In this document: positions 1 through 14,239 of the stretch, piece by piece
How the letters are laid out: every line of letters begins with the position of its first letter
How positions within the stretch are numbered: position 1 is the stretch's first letter
Origin: the human T2T-CHM13v2.0 reference genome, Homo sapiens
Reading direction: 5' to 3' (one strand)
Length of the DNA: 64,000 nucleotides
NCBI RefSeq assembly: GCF_009914755.1
Contig: NC_060939.1
Position numbers and translations under genes: made by a program
Notes under the pieces: generated by a model
Seen by the model: only the letters and a program-made list of their open reading frames with translations
Database searches by the model: none
What the model was told of the DNA's origin: nothing

Positions 1-51
1 AGCCTGGGCGACAGAGCGAGATTCCATGAAAAAAACAAAAACAAAAAAAAA
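1..51 (+). mobile_element. Alu 3' end and A-tail (truncated by the window edge)
   Basis: agcctgggcgacagagcgag plus A-rich tail. Confidence 0.9.
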
Positions 52-794
52 CTTGGGATTCGAGCTCATTACTTTTAATGAATACAAGTTAGAGTCCAAG
101 ATAAATGACTTGGCCCACAGTGAAAACACAAGCAGGCTCCATAAAGAGCAATGTGAGAGCCACAGCTTAACAGTAGACAGTTGCAAAAATGTAGGTGGAA
201 GAACATGCCCTTCAATTGGCAAAACAGAAGCAAAAGAAAAAAAGTGCCAGTAAATCCTTGAGAAATTAAAAAAACTGTGGTGAAGAGGATTCCAGCCCCC
301 TTGGTACCACTGACAGCTTATTCATCAGGCTGTGGTGTGGGGGACTGGAAGCCACACCTTAGGACACTGAGCTCCAAAAGGGGAAAACTAGAACAGGGAA
401 GGTGTGTGCTGCATCCTTCAAAGACCTCAGGAATGGGAATGTCAGGAGCTCCATGCAAAAGCCAAAACCCAGTATCAGGACCCAACCTCCCCAGCCTTTT
501 ACAGAAAAGGAAGAGCTAAGAGCAGATTGGATCTTGGGTATAGCCTCTCCTAGATGAAGCTGATATGTACACATCTCTCTCCAGGGGGCTCTGGCAGTAA
601 GTCTCAGACTCCTAGCAACCCCGCATTTCACAGTGTAATATGGCCCCAGAGAGAGACCTCAGCCAGTTTATCTGCCCTCCTACACTGCAGTTTTTTTCCC
701 AAGGAGCACGCACCACACCTCTATTTATTAGGCTCTGGAGTCAAAACAGTTTGGTAGGGAGTTGGTCCTAGTTCAGAAATAAAGAATAGACCAA

Positions 795-1925
795 CCACAA
801 CTTTAAATCAGTTTATTGACACAGTAACACAACACACTTGCCTCCCTGACATCCCCGTCCCCCTCACCCAATCTAGATCTCTCCCCCTTGCTCTCCCCTT
901 AGAAAAAGCTGTTTAGTGAAAACAGTTAAGGGCAGGCCACTTCTACACTCCCAGCGCTACCCTAGGCCCTGCAGAGCAGAGTCTCAGACACTACTCGGAA
1001 CCTGGTGGGGAGGCAGCTAGTACTATACTCAGCCAGCCAGAAGTATCCAGTCCCTAAGAACGGATTGCCCCACAATTCCCAGGCCCTGAGTTGCTATATA
1101 TTCCTCTTCCTTACTGCTGTTTGTGACCCCAAGAAGGAGACCTTGGGGCCTGGGCCTGCAGCCAGGAGCAAGAACTCCTGGCAGTGATTTGAGAATTAAT
1201 TAGAGTTTGGCTAGTGTTTTAAAGGCCCAGGCATCCCCCAAAAAAGCCCTGGTGGTGGGAGTAAATTTCAATGCCCCTATTTAAAATGTACTGATAACAT
1301 TAAACAGATTAAGCCAGCTTAACCAAATGCCAGAATAACACTAAGCTGTAAAGAAGGAGGGGTCGGACCTGCTTACTCCAGGCCAGACGCAAATGCACAC
1401 AGAGAAGCCCAGGTAAGAGTGTCAAAAAACAACTCAAGGACACTGCCCAGGGACTGAAAAGCCTATACTCAGGAGCCCCTGGGGTGACAGGAAGCAAAGA
1501 AAGAAAATACACAAGTCTTAATAACCAAAACAGAAAGCCAACAGCAGGGAAACCTGAGCCTGACAGTGCTGCCCACCAGCCCTCCAGGCCATGCCCCTGA
1601 ACCCAGACAGTCCCTCCCCCTCTAGGCAATGTCCTCCCCTAGGCTAGATAGAACACATCACACAGCGCAGTTTAGAAAGCTTCTAATGCCAGTTCATAAA
1701 CATCTTCATTTACTATTGGTGATTACATGTGAATAATATGTTTATACTGTTCTTTATGGAAAACAATTTCAACGAGTCAACTCCGAGAACACAATAGGCA
1801 ACCCTCACCCTGAGCCCCTCAGTGTCCTTCCCTAGACAGCGAGGAGCCCTCTCGTCTGTCCCAGGGCTGCCTAACTTCCCCTCTTCCCCCACTGTGGCTC
1901 TTGGGTAAAGCATCCTCTATGACTA
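795..1925 (-). other. OAZ2: OAZ2 3' UTR (long form)
   Basis: Runs from the stop codon to AATAAA at 817-812, which is followed by GU/U-rich sequence (gttgtggttggtctattcttt). The exact cleavage site is estimated. Confidence 0.75.
812..817 (-). terminator. OAZ2: OAZ2 distal polyadenylation signal AATAAA
   Basis: tttatt on + strand with a downstream GU-rich element; a second AATAAA lies at 729-724. Confidence 0.75.
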
Positions 1926-2056
1926 TTAGTCCTCATCGGACAAGTTCTGGTCCAGGGGATAAACCATGAACATCACATCTGGCCGAGAGGGGACACAGGG
2001 ATGGCCTGGACGTACAATCTCAAAGCCCAAGAAGCTGAAGGTCTTCAGGAGTGGAG
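1926..2056 (-). CDS. OAZ2: OAZ2 coding exon 5 (APLLKTFSFLGFEIVRPGHPCVPSRPDVMFMVYPLDQNLSDED*)
   Basis: ttctgcag|CT CCA...GAC TAA TAG. Conserved TFSFLGFEIV.PGHP motif. Exon sum 20+158+176+86+131=571 nt, minus 1 skipped base = 189 aa + stop. Confidence 0.97.
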
Positions 2057-2305
2057 CTGCAGAAGACAGAGTGTAAAAAAGTCTGATGAGAAACACAATG
2101 GTAGGCTGAAATCAAAACCCCAAACAAAGATGGAACAAATAAGCACTAGGCTTTTACGAGCCCTTCAGGCACTTGCCCTCCTGCCATGATTTCCCAGGGT
2201 TTGAAAGGCAAATTCAAGAGTCCCACCTCATCCTGGAGGTGCTCCCTTCTCTCCCCCAGGCCCCACTGTCTGGGCTGTAAGGCTCAGGCCACTCTGACTC
2301 CTCAC

Positions 2306-2391
2306 CTCTGTCTTCTCGGCCCTTCCTGAAGCAGATGAAGACATAGTTCACTTTCATCTTCTCTTCAGCAAACTCTAGCAGTGCTAACAAT
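2306..2391 (-). CDS. OAZ2: OAZ2 coding exon 4 ([28 protein letters not shown])
   Basis: ttcctgcag|A TTG TTA...AGA G|gtgagg; 86 nt, phase-compatible, antizyme LLEFAEE motif. Confidence 0.97.
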
Positions 2392-2395
2392 CTGC

Positions 2396-2464
2396 AGGAA
2401 GCAAAGAGAAGTACTTAGGCCCATCACCACCTTCCTAGACCTCCCTCCCATTCACACCCCACCC
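2396..2464. repeat. Inverted repeat arm A (69 bp), covering the 3' splice-site region of OAZ2 intron 3
   Basis: Reverse complement of 3234-3302 with one mismatch (2406/3292). Confidence 0.98.
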
Positions 2465-2529
2465 CCACCCCTACCAACCCAAAGGCTTTTCTGAGGCCTA
2501 CAACCAGCAATATAAATACAGAAGCTCTG

Positions 2530-2854
<325 letters not shown>

Positions 2855-3233
2855 TCAAGACCCCAAGAGCCTTGAATTCTGGAAAAAAAAAAAAAAAAAG
2901 CCACAGCGCCTGAGAAAAATGTTACTAACTTTTCTCTTCCTGCAATAGGAGATCTGAAAGTAACACTACCCATCTTAACTAATGCTGTCCACAAGACAGA
3001 GTCTGGGGCCTAGAAAGAAAACCCAGTTCTTCAGGTGTCCCACAGATTGCCAAGTCTGATATGATCACCTGCCACTGAGAGGGACACTCTGGGCTCTAAC
3101 ACTGCCTAAAAGGATTTTCTCAAGAGGCTGGGACCACTCAGGAACTCTGTCCTCAGGACATTTCTTACCCATCTTGGCTGCTTGGAGGGTCTTTGCCCAA
3201 TCCAATGAAATCCCACTTACCTCTGAGCTTCCT

Positions 3234-3302
3234 GGGTGGGGTGTGAATGGGAGGGAGGTCTAGGAAGGTGGTGATGGGCCTAAGTACTTCTTTTTGCTTC
3301 CT
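3234..3302. repeat. Inverted repeat arm B (69 bp) in OAZ2 intron 3
   Basis: Reverse complement of 2396-2464; gcttcct occurs as a direct repeat at 3227-3233 and 3296-3302. Confidence 0.98.
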
Positions 3303-3595
3303 AGCCTTTTAAACTACAGTACTGTGTAGCTACAGGGGGATTTAGTGTCAGAGTGAACCATGGGGCGATTAACCGGCAGGCATTTGGTTAATGTGATAAC
3401 AATCTGCTTTAATTATAACCTAGAGCAGGCCTGTCTTACTGGCTAAAAATAACCTGTTACAAAACGGTATCTGCTTGGGGAGTCTAGAGCTAAGGGAGAA
3501 GGCACAGACTCCCCTACAATTCTGTTACCCACAGTAAACATATACTCTTCTCTGGAATGGGACCTCCTTTCCCTCCCCAGCATTTGGCTCTTTAC

Positions 3596-3771
3596 CCTTC
3601 TTTGCTCCCATCAGCTAATAATCCATCTGGGATTTCTACAAACAGGCTCTGGCTGGACAGGACTGCATCCCAAGAAGAGACCTTCACCTCGGTGACCTCA
3701 TACTGGAAGTGGACGATGTGAGGTTTTCCATCATTCACAGGGAGGTCCTGGGTCACAGTGAGCTTCTCGTC
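3596..3771 (-). CDS. OAZ2: OAZ2 coding exon 3 (DEKLTVTQDLPVNDGKPHIVHFQYEVTEVKVSSWDAVLSSQSLFVEIPDGLLADGSKEG)
   Basis: ttcccag|GAC...GAA GG|gtaaag; 176 nt, open in the ORF2 frame, antizyme core motif GSKE. Confidence 0.97.
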
Positions 3772-4009
3772 CTGGGAAGGAAAGCAGGGCAGAGGACCAG
3801 GTCACTACTGCTTCTGGCCATATCATCCACTCCCTAATCTAGGCGATGCTGGGAGTCCCCTTAGGCCAGTGTCAGGGTAGCGTGGGATAGAGGCCATGCT
3901 GAAAACGCAGAGCTTCATGATGGCTAAAAGGAGCTGTCACTCACCAGGCACTAAGACCAGTTGATGGTGGTAAAAGCTAGCAAAACAGAAAGGGAAATAT
4001 TTACCTAAA

Positions 4010-4215
4010 TTGTCCACTAGGTGCCAAGTACAAAGTGCTGTCCCATATATTACCTTTATCATCATGACAAGCACTTGAGATGGTAATTAACAACTCCACT
4101 TTAAGTCTGAGAATAATGAAGCAACTGACCCAAGGCTCCAAAGACAGTGAATGGCAGAGATGAGATTCAAACCCAGGTCTCCCTGACTCGAAAGCCCACG
4201 CTTTCCCCCAACACC
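4010..4215. mobile_element. MIR SINE fragment (OAZ2 intron 2)
   Basis: MIR core-like ...cccaagg...tggcagag...gattcaaacccaggtct..tgactc.aaagccc. Confidence 0.7.
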
Positions 4216-4655
4216 ATGTTCTTTTCCTTCCCTGTCAGAAAGGGAAATACCAAAAACAAATGAGGGTATGTATGAGGGTTTGGCTGGAGCCCCAGTCAGC
4301 CAAAGTCTGATTCCAAGTGGACTGCAGGGTCCGTGTTATCTCCCTTGGGCACAATCTCAAAAGCCCAGAATTCAGCTGCCTTGCTAACCTTCCATCCCAG
4401 TCTTAGTGAGAAGCTAAACTAACTTCTGGGCCTCAATTACAGCAGATTAAAAGGCAACAAATGGTGCTGATATCTCTCCTCTAGTATTCCCAATAAGCCA
4501 TGCAACAGCCTCAGCTGAAAGAGTCCTTCACAGTCCCCCCACTGGCCTAGGCTAAGAGCCAGAAGACTAAGAAAGTGATTATTCCCCTTGAGCAGCAGCA
4601 CAGTGGAGTCTGAGAAAGCTCCAACCCCAGCCTTCCATCCCAGGGTCCTCCTTAC

Positions 4656-4813
4656 CTTATATATTAGAGCTGAGAGAGAAGGATCCCTGCCGCCCCCTCG
4701 CCCACCGGGGATCTTCGACAGTGGGTGAGGGGCATCAGGAGCACCACAGAGGCCCTGGAACAATGTGCCTGCAGCACTGGAGCTGGGGACAGTTACTCAA
4801 AGGCAAAATACTA
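4656..4813 (-). CDS. OAZ2: OAZ2 coding exon 2, containing the end of ORF1, the +1 frameshift site and the start of ORF2
   Basis: cttgcag|T AGT ATT TTG CCT...GPLWCS TCC-TGA (stop 4737-4735); the +1 frame continues DAPHPLSKIPGGRGGGRDPSLSALIYK|gtaagg. This is the diagnostic antizyme signature. Confidence 0.98.
4682..4760 (-). other. OAZ2: Antizyme +1 programmed ribosomal frameshift cassette: 5' stimulator, UCC-UGA shift site and 3' RNA pseudoknot
   Basis: GGGCCUCUGUGGUGC-UCC-UGA-U. Stem 1 GCCCCUCACCCAC (4733-4721) pairs with GUGGGCGAGGGGGC (4705-4692); stem 2 GAUCCC (4713-4708) pairs with GGGAUC (4687-4682). ORF2 has no AUG upstream of the shift site within exon 2. Confidence 0.95.
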
Positions 4814-4835
4814 CTGCAAGAGACAGAGAGGGTGA

Positions 4836-5154
<319 letters not shown>

Positions 5155-5607
5155 AAGATGTAAAGATATAACTCAAATCCCACCCCCACCCCATCCTGGC
5201 TCTCTCTAAACAAGGGAAGGCTTATGAACGCTCCCAGCTGCCCCAGTCCTGTGGGCTTCAGCTTCCAGAACTACGCTGCTGTCTTAAGGGGAACCCACCG
5301 TGTTGCAAAGTCATGGGGAGGAAGTCTCAGGAGGGCCAAGGGACTCCAGCTGGGTTTATTTGACCGGAGGAGCACCTAGCAATCTTCTAACAAATCACTG
5401 TGGCACTGGGCAGACCTTGGAAATCACCAGGTCCTGGCTTACCTGCCAAGCCTCAAACCCTGTGCCAGTCTCTTTTCATTTCCCTATGGTGCCTCAACCA
5501 CCTATGTGGCAGAATCAAAAAGGCCCACAGTTACAGGCTGGAGAGGGGAAGTCATATGGTCTGGGTACCCTGTTCCTGAGGAACTCTCAAGGCTACTTCC
5601 CCAGTGA

Positions 5608-5958
<351 letters not shown>

Positions 5959-7043
5959 TGAGAAATCATTTAACCAAATCCCTCAATGGTTAAGAATAAA
6001 ACTAAATCCAGGGATTTGGCTCCCAGAGCAGAGGTACACAATAGTACATAGAATACTGTGATGTCTGATTTGCCCCTGGTATGCACCAAATGCTGGGCCT
6101 TCTTGCCCTTCTTTGCTGATCCTTTCGTGACCTGAGCGTGGGAGGTCACATAATAGTGATGTGGTCAGAACACACACTCAGATGTGCTGGGTGCAGGCTA
6201 TGTGCTGGGAGAGGAGGATACGTGCTATGACCTGAGTAAAGAATCCAATAATCAGACAGATTATAGCAGGTAAAAGGCTCCTAAAAGAGCTGTCACCTTA
6301 CTGGCCACCTTGATTTTCGGATGGACCCAACAGGGCTGTAGATCTGCTCAACTGTCTTTGAATCCAATTTAGTGGTTCCTTAGACTGAGATGTAGTTCAT
6401 TCCCTAGGCCAAGGGCAAGTGAAACAGAGAAGGAGGTAAATTGTGTGTGTGTGTACACACCACGACTCAGCAACAGGCCTGTTCCCCAGCCACCACACAT
6501 CAGCCTCAGAGCAGCTGGAATGCACTGGATACATTTAGCGGGTATTGCAGTGGTGTGCTGGGGCCAGCTCACACAATCGTGCACATCTCTTGCCAAATAT
6601 GTGTTTAATGATGTCATGTTGGTAGCCTGAATTGGCCAAAGGAGGAGTATTTACACTGCGAAAGTCCCCAAATGCTGTAAGTCAGGGCTTTTTTTTCCCT
6701 GAAAGCCATTGTAAAACGGTGTGAGGTAACTATTCTTCACACTGTCCTTTGCTTTATATAGCATGGCATGCCAATTTTGGATTCTTCTAAATGAAGAGCA
6801 ACAAAACTGAATTCACACCTAACATGGCAATGGTACAGTAACCAAAGGGGCAGTCCTATTAGCAGAACTGTATCTGCACTCCAGCTGAAAATGCAAGTCC
6901 AAACCCGTCACTGCTCAGCTCCTAGGGTCTGTTCTCTCAAAGATTTCAACTGGGGGCCTACAAGTATACTTGGAAATTTCTTTGAGAAATGGATTTCCCA
7001 GGGAAGTGTCCATGGGTGAGGAGCAGCATCAGTATCTAGGGGT

Positions 7044-8022
<979 letters not shown>

Positions 8023-9456
8023 ACAGAAAGGGCTTAACAGAGGACTATGCTACTGTTTTCAAGGACAGGAGTTATTTTCTGCTGGGGACAATGAGCTATT
8101 GTGATTCCCCCTTCCAATGTGTTAAGGGGCAGAATAACAGTGTCCAGACTAGAAAAAATAAGACAAGAGTTTGGTGAGGGGAGTTTCCCCAAGCAAATGC
8201 ACACACATGCACCACATCATATGATTCCGTTCTCATTCCCCAATGACCACTTCTCTGTGCTGAGGTTCCTGCAGGGGCATAAGGAGGGCTGGACCACGGG
8301 AGAAAGCTGGTTTGCTTCTATTGGTCAGTGGAGCTACCCAAAGATGGGGCAAACCCCTCTGGGATAGACAGATTATCATCTTGTATACAGAGAATTAATT
8401 AGGTTCACAAAATAACCCTATCAATCACCAAGCCCTTGCAATTCTAGAATTCTGGTGCCAGGCTCCTACTTCCAAAGGAATTATTCCTCAAATGGTCTTT
8501 AGATGAGCGAGCTGCATTCAACCTCTGCCCTGCATCCCAACTACCATCTTGATTCTTAGCTAATTTTTACTTGCAAACAGCAGAAGCAATGGGCCAACTC
8601 ACTGAAAAGACAAGAATAAAGTGAGGATTTTTTTTTAGACCATAATACCCTTTGTCTTCCTAGAAGTAATCCCTGGAGCCTGCCTGCCCTGTGTCCAGCA
8701 CTAATCTATGAGCTTGTGATATTTCTTTCTTTAAGCTAGTCATATTTAGCAGTGGGGCTTGTGATATTTCTGGTTTCCTGATCTCTCTCCTCTTCAAATA
8801 AACGCAAGATATCTACGCCATGGTAACATGTCATTTACTTCCCCATTCTCACATACAAGGATCCTGGAGGCTCTCTGCTCCTCCCCCATAAATCTGCGCA
8901 GATAAGCAAGTGTGTGTGTGAGTGGGGGTGGAGGGGTGTTTCAAGCCCCCACTCTGGGAACTAGTTCCAGTTCCCTAAAAGAAACAGCTGGGGTTTGCGA
9001 TAAGTTTAGTAGACAGTAGATCACAATAATTATCTTCATCGTCCACATAAAGCATCTGTTATTAGTTACTTGCTGTGAATGGCAAATTGCTTCTCTTCCA
9101 AAAAACCTGTCATTTCTGAAGTGAGAAAGGAAGGGGGATGGGTACGTATGTGGTAGTTAAAGACATTAAGGGGCATGAAATTACCCAGTAATGGCCTTCT
9201 CTTCTGATAATGGCTTTAGTGTTCAAATGGTATTGAAGCTACGCCACCAAGCTCATTAGGAATAATGAATCCTGGAAGAATTTAAGCACAACAGACAGTG
9301 ACTTCTAAACACAAGTCTTCCTATCATAAGATCCAAACCAGGTTGGGTTTCATATTCAGTTTAGTCTTGTTTCTAACTGGCTCCTATCCCCAGCTTTTTC
9401 CAATCCTTCCTCACCTCCTGGTCACACCACTTGAGGGCAGGCATTGTTTAATCTCA

Positions 9457-9658
<202 letters not shown>

Positions 9659-10175
9659 TCAGAGGCTGAAAAGATCAGGCTGATTAAGGAAAATCAAATG
9701 TATCAGACCGAACCCAAACATCCAGCTGGGCTGGTCCTGCTTTGGAAGAGAAAAAAATACATATATCCCATGCCAGAAACTAAGGTGTCAGGTATCCAGC
9801 ATACAAGGCAATTCGGAAGAGAGATGGAAGATTAGAGCCAATCTGTTAGTGCCTTTTATTTTCTCAGTGATAGGACATGCCCTTGGAAACACTCCTCAGA
9901 ATACATATGAGTGCTACTAACATATCACATCCTGCTGCCTCTAATTTAAAGTGTCTGTGAAACTGTTGTCTGAAATGCCCTTAGCAGGTTACAATTTCAC
10001 ACACTGACTACAGACAGGCAGCGTATGCAGCAGATGTACAGCTGGGCAATGATGATGGTAAATAAAATTTTTATAATTCAAATGCTATTTCTAAATCTCT
10101 AGGGTACTTACTATTTAGAATTAACCTTAAGTCTCTTGATAAAAGTAAAGGATCTTCTGTTAAAGAATCACTTCC

Positions 10176-10492
<317 letters not shown>

Positions 10493-10510
10493 TCAGTTTT
10501 GATTTACATA

Positions 10511-10805
10511 CAGTTGGTCCTCTATATCCACAGGTTCCACATTCGTGGATTTGACCAACCATGGATCAAAAATACTCAGGAAAAAAATAAACAACAGCAT
10601 AATAAAAAAAAGTACAAATAAAAAGAGCACTAAAACTATTTACATAGCATTTACATTGTGTTATGCATTATAAGTAATCTAGAGATAATTTAAAGTATAT
10701 GGGAAGATATATGTAGGTTATATGTAAATACTACACTATTTTATATAATGGACCCTTGGATTTTGGTAAGGGGAAGGTCCTGAAAGCAATCCCCCACAGA
10801 TGGCT
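10511..10805. mobile_element. MER2-like TcMar-Tigger DNA transposon
   Basis: cagttggtcctct.tatcc..ggttccac..cgtggatt..accaacc..ggatc.aaaata and tatttacatagcatttacattgt..taagtaatctagag motifs. Confidence 0.75.
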
Positions 10806-11902
10806 ACCAAAAGAGTACAGAGTACACAGAGAAGAGATTCCATATAAAAGTAATTCTGTGAGTAACTTCCACTTAGCTACATCTAAAAAATACTTGAATT
10901 CAAATTCTCCTTAATATACTTCTGATCATGTTTCACTTGAATCAGTAGCCTCCTTCGCTCATTCAATTCTGCACCCTTTCTCTCTGGTTTCTATTACCTG
11001 TCAGAGAAAGTCAGATGGCCTTGGTATTAGCTACCTTTTGGTATCAATTGAAGACATGAAAACCACATTCCCAACACAGTTCTACATTCATTTCCCCCTC
11101 TCAACCTCTTCTGACCCATTCTTGTCTCAGGCCCTGCCTCATAGAACACCCAAAGGTGCCCTCACTTCCCTCATACAGGTAGCTTTTACTCTGAGACTAG
11201 GAATGTCTTTGATGACTAATCCCTACGCAAAAAGATGTGCCATCACTTAGCAAAATAGAAAGTAAGAAAGGTGAGAGGGTGATGACCACCTCCAGTCTAG
11301 TGTGGCTGTAGAGGCTGATTTCCAGCTACCGATGCCCCTTCCATCTGAGAAAGGGCCCCTGGGCAGATGCCAGGCAAAAGTCATTTCACTAGGGCTATTC
11401 TGCGTTCCACAGGGACTCTTCTTGCTAAGCACAATTATAAAGAAAATGACATCACCACTCTGAATCACAGGCTGAAAGCAAAATTGGGTTTTGGTTGATT
11501 CTCCACAAGAAACACAGTTATAGTGATAGCTAGAATATCTGTGCCTTTGGGGTTTGCTTATCACACAGCTGATATTGGTACATATGCCAAAGGAACGCAC
11601 AATCACATATGCTACCAGAGGTGAGTGGATAGCTAGGTAATCAAGCTTTAATATAAGACTTTACTTTTACATATTAAGTACCTCAATCTAGTTTGCAGAG
11701 TAAGGTCATCACACAGTGCCAGCCTCTTCCCAGGACAGAATTACATCATTGTTTATATAGTATCAAAGGACTAAGAAATTTTCTTAAGGTTTATCTTATA
11801 CAAAGCATTTTACACTACTGCTGCTAACCGGACACTACCTGTTTTGTTCACTTTAAGTGACAAAATTCTTGCCTGCCTACTTGTCCCTTTCTTGTCTATA
11901 AC

Positions 11903-12033
11903 TTTTTTTTTTTTTTTTAAGAGATGGGGCATCTCACTATGTTGCCCAGGCTGGTCTTGAACTCCTGGGCTCAAGCAATCGTCTCAGCCTCCCAAAGTGC
12001 TGGGATTACAGGTGTGAGCCACCATGCCTGGCC
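11903..12033 (-). mobile_element. FLAM/Alu left monomer
   Basis: Reverse monomer with poly-T. Confidence 0.85.
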
Positions 12034-12309
12034 TGGTCTGTAACTTTGGCTTCATAACCTTCTAAATCATGGCACCAACTTGAATCAACACTGCATACTC
12101 TTTCAAAAAGGGATGAATTACTCATTTTGTTTTTCTAGAAATGCACATTTGTAACATCCCTCTATCCCACTCCTCAGTCCCCTTTTTTATATTTTTGAGC
12201 AGCTCTGAGGCTAAATTTGGATTTCTTGGCAGAGTGAGGAATTGCTATTATTAGCCCACACTGCTTTCTGAAGCATAGCTCTGATTTTGGGGGATTCCTG
12301 ACTATACTA

Positions 12310-12385
12310 GGAGAGTCTGTGTCTGTCTCTCTCTCTCTCCTCTTTGACTCTCTCCTCTCTCTCTCCCCTCTCTCCTCTCCCCCAA
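12310..12385. repeat. (CT)-rich simple repeat
   Basis: tctgtctctctctctctcctctttgactctctcctctctctctccc. Confidence 0.8.
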
Positions 12386-14239
12386 CCCTCCTACCATAGA
12401 GTGACCTTGAAGGCACATCATTGGAAAACTGGCTCTCCCTACCACCCCATGCCCAACAAGCCATATTGTCAATAAATAAGGAATAACTGAAACCAGACCC
12501 TTTAGGAAGAGACAGAAATTCCATTACCCAGGAAACCACTCAGTGAAGATGCTGATAGTTCTGATATGTTCTTATGCCCTGCCCCCTTCCCCCAAAAAAC
12601 CACCTGCAGAACCAAATGTTTCTCCTCAAAGCCCATCAGCACAGATTGATAATAATATCACTATCAAGCCAGGGCTAGTGCTTCTCTACATACTGTACTG
12701 TCACAGGTACAAAGCAAGCCCTGGACAGATACTGTCTCCCTGCCCCCACAAATCCAGGGAGAAAAAGACCAGGAAGCTTGATTTCCTTGGATTTAAACCT
12801 CATGTTCAAAAAGGATAATAAAGGTGCTCGTACTTGTATCTTCTTCCCTCCCCCACCATCAGGAATTCTGACATTTTGGAAGTACCAATCAGAATAACAC
12901 TGGAAAGGAAGAGCCTTGTTTTCAAAACATAGTGCCAGCTCCTCTGCAACTATTTCTTCCAGGAAACCAAGCCTCCACCTCCTGAGTTTTTCACTGGAGC
13001 CAGGGAAGCTGAAAATCCCATCCCCCACCCAATGGGAGCTAAATTCCCAGCCAGCTCCCCACTCTATGGATATGAAACACTCGAGAACACTGACTGGGAA
13101 GAACATCCGGCTCTTATCAGAATCCCTAGTTAGGACTCTACCAGGATTCCTTTTAGAAAGTTAGGGGCAGGCCCAAGGAATCTAGGAAACACGCTATGGA
13201 AATGGGATTGCCATCACTCAAAGAAACCAGACACCCTGCACACAACACCCCACCCCCAGGCCAAGTGGAGGAGCCTGATCCAAGGCCTAGCTCCTACCCA
13301 GGCCCTGGCAGGCCAGTTGGCTCCTCTCTCCACCTGCCTCTCATACAGCCAGGCCCCTCAAATTACCAACACGCTAAGCAAGGGCCCTGGAGACAAGCAA
13401 GCCTGTTTTGCCACTTAGGAAGCTGGAAAGAATTTTCGAGTCAAGTTAACCCAACCCCCTCTTCTTTTCACATGTAAGCACACTGGCTCAGCCAGAACTC
13501 AGGTCTTTCAACCTCACAGTTGGTGAAGACTCTTACATGTTGGTTCCAAGTTGCTCAACTCTCAGGGCTCAGCCTACAAAAGACTCGGCATTTCGACCAG
13601 CTCAGTCCAGAGGACTCCAGAGAATGACTGCTGAGACCACCCCACTTTCCAACCCCCACTACAGACACACAAAAAGAACAGAAAAAAAAGTCTATCTCAC
13701 ATACCCCTTGAGTGGGTTTTGTTGTAGGTCTCTCTGCTCCCCTCCACCCCTGTGCTTCATCCTGCCCTCTCTCATACCTGCCATCTATCCTCAGCACACA
13801 CGGCGCCTTTGCCACAAGTAACACCTTTGCATCCAGCACTCTCCGTGTCTATATCCGCCTCCACCTCCTCAGCTCCCGAGGGGCTGGGTTACAGAAGATG
13901 GAGTGAAAGGGGGGAATGCAGAGGGGATGGACATGGAGAGTCTTGGAAAAGGAAACTCTAACAGCTGATGGGTTGTAGGGTAAAGAGAACATGGGAGGCA
14001 GGGATAACAGGTCAAATAAGACCATAACAAATTATCAAACGGCGAGTGAATTTTCTTCCTGCATGCAAAGAAGAAATGAGGGGGAGGGCACCAGTTAAGA
14101 GTCTGAGACTTGGGGGAAGAAAATGGCCAATGGCTGAGAACTGAGTACAGACAGGAACTTCAGAAGCTGTTGCAGGTATTGTATCTTGGGTACTTCTGGA
14201 CAGCACCTGAGAGAGAAAGACTAAGAAATCCCTGAAGAA

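Noticed and set aside
4735-4740. In-frame stop and frame break suggesting an OAZ2 pseudogene
   Set aside because: It is the conserved programmed frameshift site; introns, pseudoknot and both ORFs are intact.
12543-13477. Cluster of ORFs in OAZ2 intron 1 suggesting a nested gene or retrocopy
   Set aside because: No recognisable protein similarity, poly-A tail or TSD.
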